Shown: positions 24,534 through 38,601, counted from the first letter of the stretch. The stretch: 64,000 nucleotides of DNA from Octopus sinensis (GCF_006345805.1 NC_043011.1:40622464-40686463); one strand, 5' to 3'. Numbers and translations: made by a program. The notes: generated from the letters alone by a model not told the origin.

Positions 24534-24837
24534 TATCACCATGACCGACCAGGCTATCAGATGTTGCTACACATCGCTGGTCACAATGCGCCTTGCATTG
24601 TTTTAGCCTTCAAATGATGCCACCCCGCTGGCTAAGCAAGCAGGCCAACAGAAAAAAGAGTGAGAGAAAGTTGTCACGAAAGAGTACAGCAGGGATCGCC
24701 ACCCCACCTGCCGGAGTCTCTTGGAGCTTTAGGTGTTTTCGCTGAATAAACACTCACGACGCCCGGTCTGCGAATCAAAACCGCGATCCTACGACCGCGA
24801 GTCCGCTGCCCTAACCACTGGGCCATTGCGCCTCCAC
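24534..24837 (-). mobile_element. Full-length tRNA-derived SINE (family C)
   Basis: Head GTGGAGGCGCAATGGCCCAGTGGTTAGGGCAGCGGACTCGCGGTC..GATTC with A and B boxes, then a ~220-bp non-tRNA body. Confidence 0.75.
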
Positions 24838-25642
24838 ACATTCATATATACATGTATGTATGTATGTATGCATATATGTATCTATGCATGCATGTATGTA
24901 TGTAAGTATGTATGAATTAATCTGTAGTAGGAACTTATATTTAACAATATGTTCTTCAGGCAGAGCACACCATTTGGAAATGCCCAGTACCATTACTTTC
25001 AGTTTACCCTAGTTTTAATTGTTCGAAGTTCCTGAAGAGGCGCAATAAATTTGAAACGCATGCAAATATCTTCCTGACTACATAAAACTATTCTCACTCT
25101 CTCCTTCTTTTCTTTCCTCATGTAGTCGTTAACATAAATATTTAGCACTTTTAATAATTTCTGAATTCTCACCCTTGCTTCACTTTCAAATAAAAAATGC
25201 GCATTAAGGACAATAACGTAATTCTGATTCTTTAGTTGTTCCCATACTCTACCGAGTAGCGGTCCGTCCACGATCACCGTGTCTATCTCATAGCTACAAA
25301 GGTTTTCTCTGGTTCTATGGTTTCATCTAGGAAGCCTCTGTAACAAGCAAGTTCTACCCATCCTTAGGGTTCAGTCTGCGGTACAAACCTTGTATGTTAT
25401 CTGGGTTTGGTAAGCACTACTATCCTCACTCTTAATGACAATAGCCAAATGGAGATCAGCTGGTCGTGGAAGAAAAGTGTGACAGAGAAATAAAGATGCA
25501 CATACATACATATTTACATACATGCATACAGACATATATATATAATGGGAAGGTTTACGAAAATAAACAAAAGACGAAGGCAGGTGGAGTACAAACAAAC
25601 AAATGTATTAGTATAGCGCCCAGGAATAGAAATAGAAAAAGT

Positions 25643-25678
25643 ATTTTACGTTTCGAGCCTACGCTTTTCGACAGAAAG
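25643..25678 (-). ncRNA. Variant hammerhead motif (A6U) in a Penelope pLTR-like repeat
   Basis: CUUU CUGUCGA A AAGC GUAG GCUC GAAA CG UA AAAU; same repeat family as 40130-40280. Confidence 0.55.
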
Positions 25679-25715
25679 ATACACAGAAAAAAAACAAGGA
25701 GAGAAACAAGGAGGG

Positions 25716-25755
<40 letters not shown>

Positions 25756-27511
25756 AAGAAAGACAGGTGAGGAAGTGATACCTGTGAGTGACTGATACTT
25801 TCTTATGTTTATATTCGAAGGATCAAAAGTAAATTGACCTCGGTGGCACTTTGTATAACTTCTCAACATTCATGAAAATATACTAACATCAACAAATGCT
25901 CTTGGGTTCGCGGAAGTAGTGAGATGTCCCTATAGGTTTAAAGACCTTTAGTCAGATTGTTTCTGAGACAAGTTTTTAAGTGTTCGTGAATTATGTTTAA
26001 AGCATGTATAAATCTCTCAATCTTATCAGAAATTGGAGATTTTAGTTAAATGTGTTTCATTATAAAATAATGAAAATATAACTATTGCATGGATTTAGGA
26101 GAAATTTGCTATGATATAATGATCATGGGGGTGTATATTGTGAATGTGGCTTTTACCTGTTGCCATGGCACTTTTACTTGCCACTGTAGGTTGAATATGG
26201 TTACGTTGGTTACACGTAGGCGTTTTCTCGCATCTTTACAAGATATCGATACTAATAAATAAATAAATAAATAATATATAACGAATTCCCAAAATGTAGC
26301 TCACCTTTTGAGGTAGAAACCATTATTTAGCTAAAAGCAATCGAAGAAAATTATCCAGAGAAACCTACATAATAAAACGCAAAAACATTTAAACACATTT
26401 GCCAAAAGAAGTCTTTTAACAGGATTTTCTACCTAAACTAGGGTTAGACGTTATTTCTGGTATAAAAGCGTATTTATTTCTAGTTTTTGCCTTTTAGCAA
26501 CTCCACATTTTATATTGTGGTTTCATGTTGTTCAAAATTCGGAGACAGCTGCGAACATCTGCGGTATATGATTAAGAATATCTTAAGAGTCATACAACAG
26601 CCTGTTGACAGCAGATTCTTGGATATATTTGTTGATTAAACAGTTGAACATGCACAGGATCACATACACAGACACAAAAAACCAAGGTGAAACACTTAAC
26701 TCATTCGTATGCATACAACATTGACCAAATAAATCTTTGTTATAAAATGAATAAGTCAAAAATAGTCATCAAACAGAATAAGATGACTATCACACACCTA
26801 ACAAAAACATGAAACAACGATCATATAAGCCAAAAATACTGCATTTTTCCGACAAAGGAACAAGCTATTACAACACGTTAAATGCAAGACACGAAAAAAA
26901 TAATAAAGTAAGATAAAGGTATTTTTGATACTATATATTATTTCATTGACAATTTTAACTCGGAAGTTTTGCTGTTTCCCGAAATTAAAAATTACCCACC
27001 AAAATTTAAATGTTAGATCAAGAAAGTGATATGTAAAATAAACTGCGAAATTATCATGAGATTAACCAGATATTTACAGATAAACGATTTTAGATCCGGC
27101 GATGGTGATTTTATCTGATGAAGCGACATTCCTATGATCCTTGACAGCCTACTACAAAACGCACGTCAATAATAAAACAACACGCTCATCATTGAGAGAA
27201 TAAAAAACCGAGACAGCGTTTAAACGTTAATGTATTTATCAATGGTTTTATGCTACATAGAACGTAAATAAAGAAATACGGAATCTTTAATAAAAAAACA
27301 TCATATTCGAATGCAATGTATTTTCAGACATACATATACGTACGTACGTACATACATACATACATACATACATACATACATACATACATACATACTAATA
27401 CATACGTATGCATACATATGTGAATATATATCTGCATGTTCATATGTACAGTCTTATAAATATAGATATATATGCATATATTCATAACATATATACATGA
27501 AATTATAAGTA

Positions 27512-27542
<31 letters not shown>

Positions 27543-27861
27543 AAAATATATATAATAAATATCAATATGAATGTGTATTTGTATGAGTGTGTTTATGTTG
27601 AGTAATATTACTACCTTAAAGCAAGCTGGTATGTATATCAACAGAATATTTACGAATAATGTTTTTCTAAACAAGGAAAAGTAAATTTAGTTAGACGATC
27701 GTTTATCAGGTTGATTACATTATAAGTGTTTCTCTTCAAGAAACGCACACAGACACACCATATACGCACCACACACACACATACACACACACACACAAAC
27801 ATACACACACACTGGTACTGAATAAAGAATTCACAAGAAATTTAAAGCAAAATACAGTTCA

Positions 27862-27914
<53 letters not shown>

Positions 27915-28215
27915 CACACACATACTGCCCGTCTTCGCATTTTCCTATCCTGATTAAAAAAAAAATTCACTTTATCTCCCTCTACTTCCGGTCACTTCAG
28001 TAATGCAACTACACATGTGCTGTTAGTGATTTATATTCCTTCTTTGAACTTTTCCATTGCTCCTGTCCGACGAAGAGCTATGCTGGAATCGTCAAACTCT
28101 TTCTTTTCACCGAGTGTCGAGCAAATACATTCCTTGTGCAAGTTCTCTTTTTGTCCGTTAATTCTACTCATTTGAATTGATAGTTTATTTGAGTTGATGT
28201 ATATATATATATATA

Positions 28216-28426
28216 CAGGAAGCGGCAGAAATATCTCCCACATTTTAAACTTTTCCCCTATGTGTTGCTAATGAACTTATGCAAGTACCAATCATATTTT
28301 CATTTAGCTAATGAACAAAAACTGTATCTTTTGTTTAAGCAACAGTAAAATTAATTTTTCATAAATGTTGTTCTCTTTCTCTTTTGTCAACCTTTCAAAT
28401 GTGGGAGGTATTTCTGTTGCACCCTG
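28216..28426. mobile_element. Tc1/mariner MITE
   Basis: TIRs CAGGAAGCGGCAGAAATATCTCCCACATTT / AAATGTGGGAGGTATTTCTGTTGCACCCTG, flanked by TA on both sides. Confidence 0.75.
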
Positions 28427-28553
28427 TATGTGTGTATGTCTGTGTGTGCGCGCGTGTATAAAGATATATATATATATATCATACATAATATATATATATA
28501 TATATTATATATATATATATAATTATATATATATATATATATATATGTTGTGC

Positions 28554-28800
28554 CTGGAGAGAGTCATTTTGTTTTTGTGCCTTATAATTTAACACACTCA
28601 CCGATAAAATTTCCTCTTATTTCTTATTTTTATTTTCCTAGAATTTTCGTTGCGTCTTGCAACTTTTCAATAGCCTTGACTCTTGAAAATGTTGCAAGAC
28701 GCAACGAAAATTTTAGGAAAATATAAATAAGAAATAAGAGGAAATTTTACCGATGAGTGTGTTAAATTATAAGGCACAAAAAGAAAATGACTCTCCCCAG
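28554..28800. repeat. Near-perfect palindrome (~117-bp arms, 12-nt loop)
   Basis: 28554-28670 is mirrored by 28683-28800. Confidence 0.9.
28638..28673 (-). ncRNA. Variant hammerhead motif with U3-A8 covariation
   Basis: CUA UUGAAAA GUUGC AAGAC GCAAC GAAA AUU C UAG: stem I CUA/UAG, 5-bp stem II, palindromic AAUU stem III. Confidence 0.55.
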
Positions 28801-29425
28801 ACAAACAGAATATACTGCAACACACGAACTCATATAAAGAATCTTGGAAACCAAATCCAAAAATGATATATATATATATATTATATTTAATATATATATA
28901 TATATATTATATATATACATATATATATAAAAGAGGTGAGCACCGAAATCCTTCAAAAGGATGTCAAACATCCAAGTCCTCTAGTACAGTCCAAGTAAGA
29001 ATATCTATAAAAAAAATATATATTCAGTATTTGCAAAAACAAAAAATGAAGTATCAGGAAAAGGAAAAAAAATTGTAGGTGTAGACGATATATACAGATA
29101 TATATGATATAACATTGCCAGGACAGAGCTATGCCGTTTAGGTCCCACTGAAATATCTACCTTTATGCCAATGTTTAAATTGCACGGTACGAGAACGAGT
29201 AAATAAATATATATCATAGATTACTGTGATTTATATACAAGATTAAACACACACATATATATATATATATATATGTCCTTTTTTTTTGTTAGTTTCAGTC
29301 ATTTGACCGCGGCCATAATGGAGCACCGCCTTTAGTCGAACAAATCGACTCCAGGACTTATTCTTTGTAAGCATAGTACTTATTCTATCGGTCTCTTTTA
29401 CTATTATATAGTAAACTTTATTTTC

Positions 29426-30292
29426 ATGTTCATGCTATTAAATAGCATGAACATGAAAATAAAGTTTACTCTAGAACACCTCGACATCACTGGATCGCTA
29501 TCACTACTTGACTTCAAACTGAATATAACGGAAGAAAGGGAGATTCACACTGAGTTCTACAAGAAAGCAGCCAGTAGAGATATGTTTGTCCAGTACAATT
29601 CATCACTTCCACTCGGTGCCAAAACAGGATACGCCAGAAATGAACTTGCACGCATTCAGGGTAAGTGTAGGAGAACGGAGGACAGGGTAACCACCCTACA
29701 CGATTTTCTAGATATGTTGAAAACCAACGGGTACCCTAGATCCATTGTAAATCGGATTAAGTACCCAAGACGACCAACACGTCAAACACATAGAATACCC
29801 AGCAACACATGCTTCCTTAAAATACCCCATTTTAGCAAGAGGATAACTACATCCATCCGAAGAGCCATAAGAAGAGAAGGGCTAGACATACAACTAGCCC
29901 ACTCCGGCCCCTCTCTGAGAGGACACCTCACTAAGAAACGAACAAGGGACAACAGTCAATGTACCCTAGCAAACTGTCCCATCCGTGACACAGATTTATG
30001 CCAACGGGTTAATGTCGTGTATAGAATACAATGTAACAGATGCAACAAGTTCTATGTGGGTAGCACAACAAGACCATTACACGTCCGCATCAAAGAACAT
30101 CTGAACACGAAAGCTTCCTCCTTCAGAAAACATCTAGAGAGATGCCGGAACACCGACAAAAGCATAACAGTCACAAATGAGGCCAATGAAATAAATTTGG
30201 GTAATTTAAGAATTAAGGAAGCTATATTCATACACAGACTAGGGCCCCAAATTAACAACAGGCTGGAGGTTGGTAATCAATACATTATTTAG
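29426..30292 (+). mobile_element. 5'-truncated Penelope-like element ORF: RT thumb plus GIY-YIG endonuclease
   Basis: IKFTLE..SLSLLD..HTEFYKK, LKTNGYP, NVVYRIQCNRCNKFYVGSTTRPLHVRIKEH and LRIKEAIFI..PQIN; 288 aa without stops. Confidence 0.92.
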
Positions 30293-30709
30293 ATACATCT
30301 GGATGCGTGTAGGTTCATTTTTGATAATATGCTCATCTGTAGTTTATAACCAAAAAAAAAGAAGAAAAGAAAAAAAGAAGCAAAAAAGGAAGCTGCACGT
30401 ATAATACGTAACTTAGAATCAGCGCTACGGATGTATCAGCACACGCGAGATTGAGACATAGCTGACCTAACACACATCTCATGAGGAATTCCGGAAGGAG
30501 CATCGTGAAACCACAGCTGAGACGCTTCCACAAAATAAAAAAGAAAAGCTGTTAGAAAACCGATTATAGCAGCGACTCCATCTAAGAATATCTGCAGAAG
30601 GAATATTATTCCGAAATGTCATACCAGACTATGGATGACTAAATTACAACAGGTATATAGCCCTTGTCTGTATTATAGTGCATTGTTGTACCATTCATAA
30701 CATTTTATT

Positions 30710-30795
<86 letters not shown>

Positions 30796-31068
30796 TTATA
30801 GAAGGAGCTTCTACAGGACTAGAACTGTTTCATTCAGATGAAATCTTCAGGAAGCTGGCTGTCAAAATAAGTTCTGGTATTTATGCATTTAAGCAGATTT
30901 AATGGAGTGGTGGTGGCAGGGGGGACGTTTTTTGGGTAGGTTGGTATTTAGGAGATAAACAGGGGGCACAAGCTATTGTTCTTAGGGGAGTGGTCAAAGG
31001 CCAGAGTGTTTTTGAATCAGTGAGAAAATATATATATATATATATGTATGAATGTATTATAATTATTC

Positions 31069-31115
<47 letters not shown>

Positions 31116-31445
31116 ATTAGTTTGCTACTTTGTATTTCTTGCCGAGTTTCTTCCAGACACGCGAGACAAAGACATTCAGTATAGCTTGGTGGGCCAATAA
31201 AATAAACATACCATGTTATTCATTTACAAAGTTAAGTTTTGTGATAAAAAAAAAGGATAAAAGAAAAATACAGAAATAAACGGAAAATAGAAAAAAATTA
31301 CAGGAAAAAATGTAAAAAAGAAAACAAAGAAAAATTATTGTTCTTATAATTGTTGTCGTTGTTATTATGACAAGATCAACTTTTGCTCTCATTTCTCTGA
31401 GGTCAACGAAAATCGACTGATTATCTCCCTCAAATTCGAAACCGT

Positions 31446-31501
<56 letters not shown>

Positions 31502-31831
31502 AGAGCATCAACAGTGTTGATTAAATGCTTTTAGCTTATTTATTTGCATCTATCAATTTGATGAATGTTGATGAGTGTCAGCTAATAACATTCTATATAT
31601 ATTTTCTTCAATAAACACAACAACCTTTCAAAGAATTTTTTTTGCCAATGTCTCTTCTTCTAGAGAATAATTTTGTACTTTTTGTATATGTCTTAAACGC
31701 CATTGCAATTTTCGCATTTAACCAACCGAATAATACATTTCTGTTTTTCACTATCATGAAGATCTATGTTCTCGTGGTTTTCCCAGCGGTAAGGAACGTA
31801 AAATTAACAATACTTCAGTAGCCTACACCCA

Positions 31832-31931
31832 NNNNNNNNNNNNNNNNNNNNNNNNNNNNNNNNNNNNNNNNNNNNNNNNNNNNNNNNNNNNNNNNNNNNN
31901 NNNNNNNNNNNNNNNNNNNNNNNNNNNNNNN
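31832..31931. other. Assembly gap (100 N)
   Basis: Run of N. Confidence 1.
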
Positions 31932-32268
31932 TCGGTGAGGGTGAAATTGAATCGGTTAATGTTCTTCTTGAAAAGCTGCATGGTGTAGGCCGATATATGA
32001 AAGTGATGAATATGAAGCTCGAAGAAGGTGGATTCAAAATGGTTGTTTGATGGTTGTGACGATGGAGTAGACATGAGTTTGAGTGTGTCATAAGATTATC
32101 CGACTCCGAGGAGTAGAGGCTTTTGTGTAGTAGCGGTTGGATTGTAAAAAAGAGAAGACACACGGCAGCAGACTTGAGGTTGGGATAGGTAAATATCAAA
32201 AAATATAGAGGGGGTTGGACGAAGCAACTGTTACGATTGAGTCGGTTCCAGATTTAAGTCGAACAGAT

Positions 32269-32689
32269 AGGCGTAGGAGAGGCTGTGTGGTAAGTAACTT
32301 GCTTACCAACCACATGGTTTCGGGTTCAGTCCCACTGCGTGGCACCTTGGACAAGTGTCTTCTACTATAGCCTCGGGCCGACCAAAGCCTTGTGAGTGGA
32401 TTTGGTAGACGGAAACTGAAAGAGGCCCGTCGTATATATGTATATATAGATGTATGTGTGTGTGTATATGTTTCTGTATCTGTGTTTGTCCTCCCAACAA
32501 CGCTTGACAACAGATGCTGGTATGTTTACGTCCCCGTAACTTAGCGGATCGGCAAAAAGACCGATAGAATAAGTACTAGGCTTACAAAGAATAAGTCCTG
32601 GGATCGATTTGCTCGACTAAAGGCGGTGCTCCAGCATGGCCACAGTCAAATGACTGAAACAAGTAAAAAGAGTAAAAAAGAGTAAAGAG
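32269..32689 (+). mobile_element. Full-length SINE family B (tRNA head, CORE-like CCTTGGRCAAGT, internal microsatellite)
   Basis: GGCTGTGTGGTAAG..GGGTTCAGTCCC at the 5' end; GGCGGTGCTCCAGCATGGCC..TGACTGAAACAAG(TAAAAGAG)n at the 3' end. Confidence 0.85.
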
Positions 32690-33735
32690 GGATTCATATC
32701 TAATTACCAACGCAGTTCCCTCTTAACAAATGTATTTAATTCTGTTGCACTGAGTTAAATTATGTTAAAAAAGGAACGAAAAGAAACAACTGAGTGATTA
32801 GAGATTTGTATTTGAACAACATAAGTAAATACAGGTACATCAAATACCAATAACATAAGTTCTTGATTGATTAAAATCATCTCTACCTCTCGACATGCAT
32901 CATAATTACCAACAGTCACTTAAACATTCTCCAAAGTTGACTTATTATTAAAGATAAGGATGACGGCTATTGAAGCGGAATCACGTATTCACGGGTGTCT
33001 TTGTATCTCCTGACAAAAATCATCCTCTCTTTTTCCTTAACGGCATGTCAAATCTGAAGAAATTCTTGATTCTTGAGATCATCTACCCTTTTCATATGGA
33101 TCTAGTAACACATTATCAAAAGGTGGAAATAATTTTAGTAACTGAAGAATTTATGTTGTACGTTAATAAATCATACATAGTTATAATAAACAGCGTGATG
33201 CAGTATTTTAAGTGATGTTGTCTCAGGAATTATTTGTTTGCTCGTTATTGTCGGTGTTCAACTAATATCAAGAGACATCAAACGGATGGCAACTAATTTT
33301 GGACGTATTGCTTTGATAATGATGAGACGTGTTAGGTGTAAACCATTACTTCAAAACAAGATTGATTTAGTACATTGAGGAATTCGGAATTATTAGCATA
33401 ACATATCACCATAAAGGAGATTAGATTCAAGTTACTAATATTTATTTGGTCATGCGACCTGTATAATATTTAATCCATAGTCTGAGCCTCCCAAAAGGAA
33501 TACGTGAAACAAGATATATTTTGTCGGACTAACGATTATAGATTAAACAGTTTACTCACTTTCAAACTTATCTTTCAGTACTTTACTCTAAGTGGCCAGA
33601 TACAGTATATATACAAATACATACACACAGACACACACACGCACATACATATATGCATGTATGTATGTACGTATGTATATATGTACATATATATTTATGT
33701 GTGTATGTGTATGCATGTATATATCTATATATACT

Positions 33736-33784
<49 letters not shown>

Positions 33785-34239
33785 TTATGTATGTGTGTAG
33801 ACATGTAGTTATATATGTATATACAGTAACGGTCTAAATATTCTAGCCATATTCAGAAAGGTGAAATATTGTCAATGATAAAAGAAGATATTAGATAGCT
33901 AGCAATAACGTGGCACTATCATTGAGATTTCAGAATGGCATGTTGAGTAAAGCTGTTTGGAAAAATCACGAACGAAAAACCAGCAAACAGCAAAAAAAAC
34001 AAAAAAACAAATCAAAAAGACGAATTATAGAAAAATGACCTAAAATCTATGTGATTAAAATAATACTTAATTTGGCCACTTATTCTCGCTTGCTTTCATC
34101 CTTGCTTTCAAACCCAACGTATTTCTTTACTGGGTTTCATTTAAGCATTGTCACCATATCATATATATATTATATAGATATTTAAAGATGCCTGTCTTAG
34201 TCTTTTTCACTTTATATATATATATATATATACATATAC

Positions 34240-34500
34240 ACCATTCGCTGCTTTCTTCCTAGGAATCTAATGCTCTTAGATTAGTTTTCCTTGGGGTCGG
34301 CCAGATTGGAGCAATCTCGGGTATAACCAGCCGAAATTGCAAAGATAATCTGGAATTCGACTGAGGAAAGAAAACTCCGAATGACCCGTCCTTGTTTTCT
34401 TTGTATCATCTATCTGGATGTTTTGTTGTCCCTTTTTGTATCACCTAACTGGATGTTTTGCGTTCTTTTCCCAATTTGTATTATATATAAATATTCTATT
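34240..34500. repeat. Interspersed repeat (Penelope pLTR-like); related pieces at 40380-40470 and 43180-43260
   Basis: Shares CATTCGC..GGAATCTA.TGCTCTTAG with 43180-43260 and CTGGATGTTTTG..GTCCC with 40380-40470. Confidence 0.5.
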
Positions 34501-35781
34501 TTACTCGTTTCAACCATGCAGCTGTGGCCATTCTGGAGCAATATCGTGGTCCTTCTGATTTCCTCAGTCTGACGTGTTTCACATTATCATTCCTGTGCTT
34601 TGTACCAGCTGTTGGTCCCTTGTGTTGTATAAGGGAATTTGACATCAGCTTCCACCTTATGTAGATTTCTTTATTTTTGGTTCAGTTGGTAGTTGTTTAA
34701 AAAGGAATGTTTCTCCTGTGCATAGTTCAACATTTGAAGCATTTGCATTACGTTTTGGAACCGCAACGAGTCACTTGCGATATTTTTGTAAAGAAGATTG
34801 GCATCAATGCGGATACCAATCAGTTTTTGGAAATTGTTATTGCTAAAGATTTCACATCTGTGTATTATTTTCCAGTGTTCGTAGCTTGATGTCAATATAC
34901 TTATCTATTCCTCAATGCTCTAAATGTTACAAATATACAATAGGTAATATCGGAAGGTGTCAGCTATTGTAGGAAGCAACTTATGTGATGCAGTGTGTAA
35001 CAATTTTCAAACGATTAAATATACAACAGTGTTCCATTCAGATGCTGCCATGCAAATTCTTTTACAACTCATTCAAAGAACGGTAAAAGATAAATGAGTT
35101 TTTGTTTTCGCAATTGAAAGACTACGTAAGCGAAATTGCTTCAGAGAGGTGTTATAATCATCTAATCCGGGCATACACAAAATCCCTCACATCTACAAAA
35201 CATATACACATTTATATGCATGTGTGAGTGTGTGTGTGTTTTTGTGTGTGTGTGTTTTTGTGTGTGTGTGTTTTTGTGTGTGTGTGTGTGTTTATGTGTG
35301 TACATAGATATATATTTACACATATATAAAGTTATATATTTGTAAATATACGTTGCTCTGTTTCTATGCCGATTTATCCACATATGTATACATTTGTATA
35401 TACACTAGCACATACATACATACACACATACATACATATATATACACACTCACACACACACACAAAAATTCACAACCTTATACGTCAATAGACCACTATT
35501 GTTCCCGAAAATAATTTTTGTGCCTCCTACGGACTGCACGAAGTTTACTAACTTCCTACACATTGACCCTTGGATCTTACCTTTACACACGCGCGCGCGC
35601 ACACACGCATATGCACACACACACACATGCACACACATACATATATGACTATTAACCAGTAAAGATATATATATATATATATATATATACATGCGCATAA
35701 CGCATTTATATACGTACATACGTATATATGTATCTATGTATGTATATGTGTATGTGTGCATATCTATGTATATATGTATTG

Positions 35782-35856
<75 letters not shown>

Positions 35857-36525
35857 TGTGTGTGTATATACATATAATCTATGTACATCTGTACATATAT
35901 TTGTATATGTACAATATCTGTATATATTTGTACGCATATATGCATATATTGTATTTACTTTAATATCATATACAATGAATATGTATTCATAGGTACGTAA
36001 ACTACGCAGGTATATGTGTGTGTGTGAGTATATATATATAGGAGAAGAAAAATTATTATAAGGCAGAATGCTAAATTGAAAGTAAATTTTAATAAAAATG
36101 GGTGTATGGAAAATTTAAAAAAATAATAAATCAAACCGCTTTTCATCGCAATGCAAATTTTCAAGATTTGAAAAGGAAAAAGAATTTTTTTTTTAAATTG
36201 AGGAAGGGGAAAAAAGTTCCTCAATTTAAAAAAAATTTCTTTTCCCCTTTCAAATCTTGAAAATTTGCTTTGCGATGAAAACCGTTTTGATGTATTACTT
36301 TTTGAATTTTCCATACACCTATTTTTATTTAAATTTACTTTCAATTATTATAATTTTTCCTCTCCGATCATTTCTCCACGTGCGGTCAACACAACCCCAT
36401 CATTTATTGATTTATATATATATATTGCTGGAAAATTTCAAGCACTTCTCGAAATTCCCGAATGCACTACAGTTAATCACGAATGCCCTACAACCTGCAT
36501 ATATGGTACACGAAGGTACTACAAT

Positions 36526-36645
36526 ACAAGATGGCAGCAGAGTGCAGACAACTGGCAGGATGGATAATGAGGTCCTTCAAGATAAGAGACCAAGAAACTA
36601 TGTTGACCCTGTAGAGAACCCTTGTTCTCAGCCGCATAGACTACA
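36526..36645 (+). mobile_element. Degenerate CR1/L2-like LINE fragment (post-RT region)
   Basis: Translates as ECRQLAGWIMRSFKIRDQETMLTL*RTLVLSRIDY. Confidence 0.6.
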
Positions 36646-36789
36646 CTACACTAAAAAAGATTGAAACAGTCCTGCAGACGAGCTGCAGGAGTAGGCTGGG
36701 AAAACTACAGCTTTGGAAAACTCTAGAATGGCTAGTACCAAGCTTCAGCATGGAGTGTTATACAAATGCCAGAACTGTCTGCCATTGCA

Positions 36790-37160
36790 CTGCACCAAAA
36801 GTACCATCCTCTCAGCCATCTGCATTTCATTGCCAACTTTGCAACGTGTTTCTCTGGGATAGCAATTCATCCAGGTCCAGTGTATTTAAGTGGTATTGCA
36901 TTTAGTTTTGCATGCTGATAGCACAACCCTTGAAACTTTTCAGTATTAAACTGCCTGCTATTCTTCTCGGTCCACTTGTATATTTCATCCAACTCCAATT
37001 GCATGTGCATAGCGTCTTCAGGATTCTGTATCACCTATGAGACGTCTGTATCATCGGCATAATTTGTGATCTTGGCTCCCTTTGTGGCTGAGGGCATATC
37101 TGAGAGGGCCATTATGAACAGTAGTGGTCCTAAAACGATGCCTTACGGAATACCGCTCAC
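36790..37160 (-). mobile_element. Degenerate CR1/L2-like LINE reverse transcriptase fragment
   Basis: SGIP*GIVLGPLLF..NYADDT..ELDEIYKWTEKNSRQFNTEKF, matching the PQGSVLGP and YADD motifs, with stops. Confidence 0.85.
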
Positions 37161-38292
37161 TATTTGCGTGCACATGCACAAAATGACGACGACACGGGTT
37201 CGCTACCAGACTCTGCTCGTTTTTTCGTGAAATTGGTCCTACCCATTAATATTGATTTAAATTTTTGAAAAATGTCGAAAATTGACGAAAAATATTTCAT
37301 GGCTATAAACAGACATCTTATTAACATTAATTTATCACCGGGTACCTCAGCTAGTATATACATTTATAATAGTTAAAGATGGCGTCAAACATGAAGGCAA
37401 GACAAATATCTCAAGTCATATACAATATTATTATTGGAAGAAATTCAAAATTTTACCGCTGTGTCTGGGATATATCCCGAGTATGGGATATTCCATCATT
37501 ACAGACAAATATCTACCGTACTTCATCACACTACGTGATAAATATTAATTCTCTAATTTATTTTAAACCTTAACCCAATAAATTCCCTACTATAATCCCC
37601 TAACTCTTACTCCCCCTCATAAATAACTTAATATTCAACTCGCTCTTCCCCTCTCGACTACCTACGCAGACAACCCCATTGCTAAAAATAACTCAACAGC
37701 CACTGACCTTAGCCAGGACGGACACAAGCAGTTACTGTCAAATTTCCTCCCCAACGACTTTAGACTTTGTGACTACCAGACATCTACTACTCTCTTTAAA
37801 CTCCTTTCATCTCGCTCTATTTTTTTAACCCTATCTTCCTCTACCTCCTCATCCTCTTATCTCTTATCTTCTCGGCTACACCGTGCACAATTCTTAGACA
37901 CCATACATATATGCAACTTACTTTATCATATACGCAATCCTTAAAATCCCCCCTAACTCACTCGATCTACCTCTCTTTCTATTTTTTTTCTTTTCTTTCC
38001 TTTTAACAATTAATAACCACCCCGCTACCATTCTGTTATTGAACGTTTATATGTTCGCATCTTTTTGTTGGGATGTCTACTATATAAAGACATTTAACCC
38101 ACATGGATATATGCAGGATTGCACCTAAGGACTCATGCTCTGATTTCTATAACTTCGGAAAGTTGAACTATAAACTTTTATGCTTCTTCTTCCTTCTCTC
38201 TTTCCAACTCCTTATCCTTTTACTCTTGCCTTCTATGTTGTCATCTTATTGATATATACCATTCTCATTTTCCAATTTTTTTCCCCCTGGTT

Positions 38293-38348
38293 GTCTCTGA
38301 TGACGGAATATCCCATACTCTGGTATATCCCAGAAACAGTTGTAAGAT
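38293..38348 (+). ncRNA. Minimal hammerhead motif in the right arm of an inverted repeat (37364-37508 / 38291-38435)
   Basis: GTCT CTGATGA C GGAATAT..ATATCCC A GAAA CAGTTG TA AGAT; the left-arm copy has a decayed core. Confidence 0.7.
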
Positions 38349-38559
38349 TTTGAATTTCTTTCCATTATAATATTGTATATAAATTGAGATATTTGCCTTG
38401 CCTTAATGTTAGATGTCCTGTTTAGCTATTTTAAATCCACTGCATCGAAAATCTGTACTGGTCCATAACTATCGCCTCAGCTATAACCTTGAAGCCCCAG
38501 TAATCCGTTACCGTAATTATCTAGCGTACCTAATCGTTTAGATCACCTGGAAACTATAC

Positions 38560-38601
38560 CACACATATTGTATATATATATACATATACATATATATATA
38601 T

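Noticed and set aside
24760-24837. tRNA genes at SINE heads (also 12806, 32269 and 62186)
   Set aside because: The acceptor stems are incomplete and the sequences continue into SINE bodies.
34671-34895. Possible decayed Penelope C-terminus on the minus strand (HWKII..)
   Set aside because: The resemblance is too weak and spread across frames to support a call.
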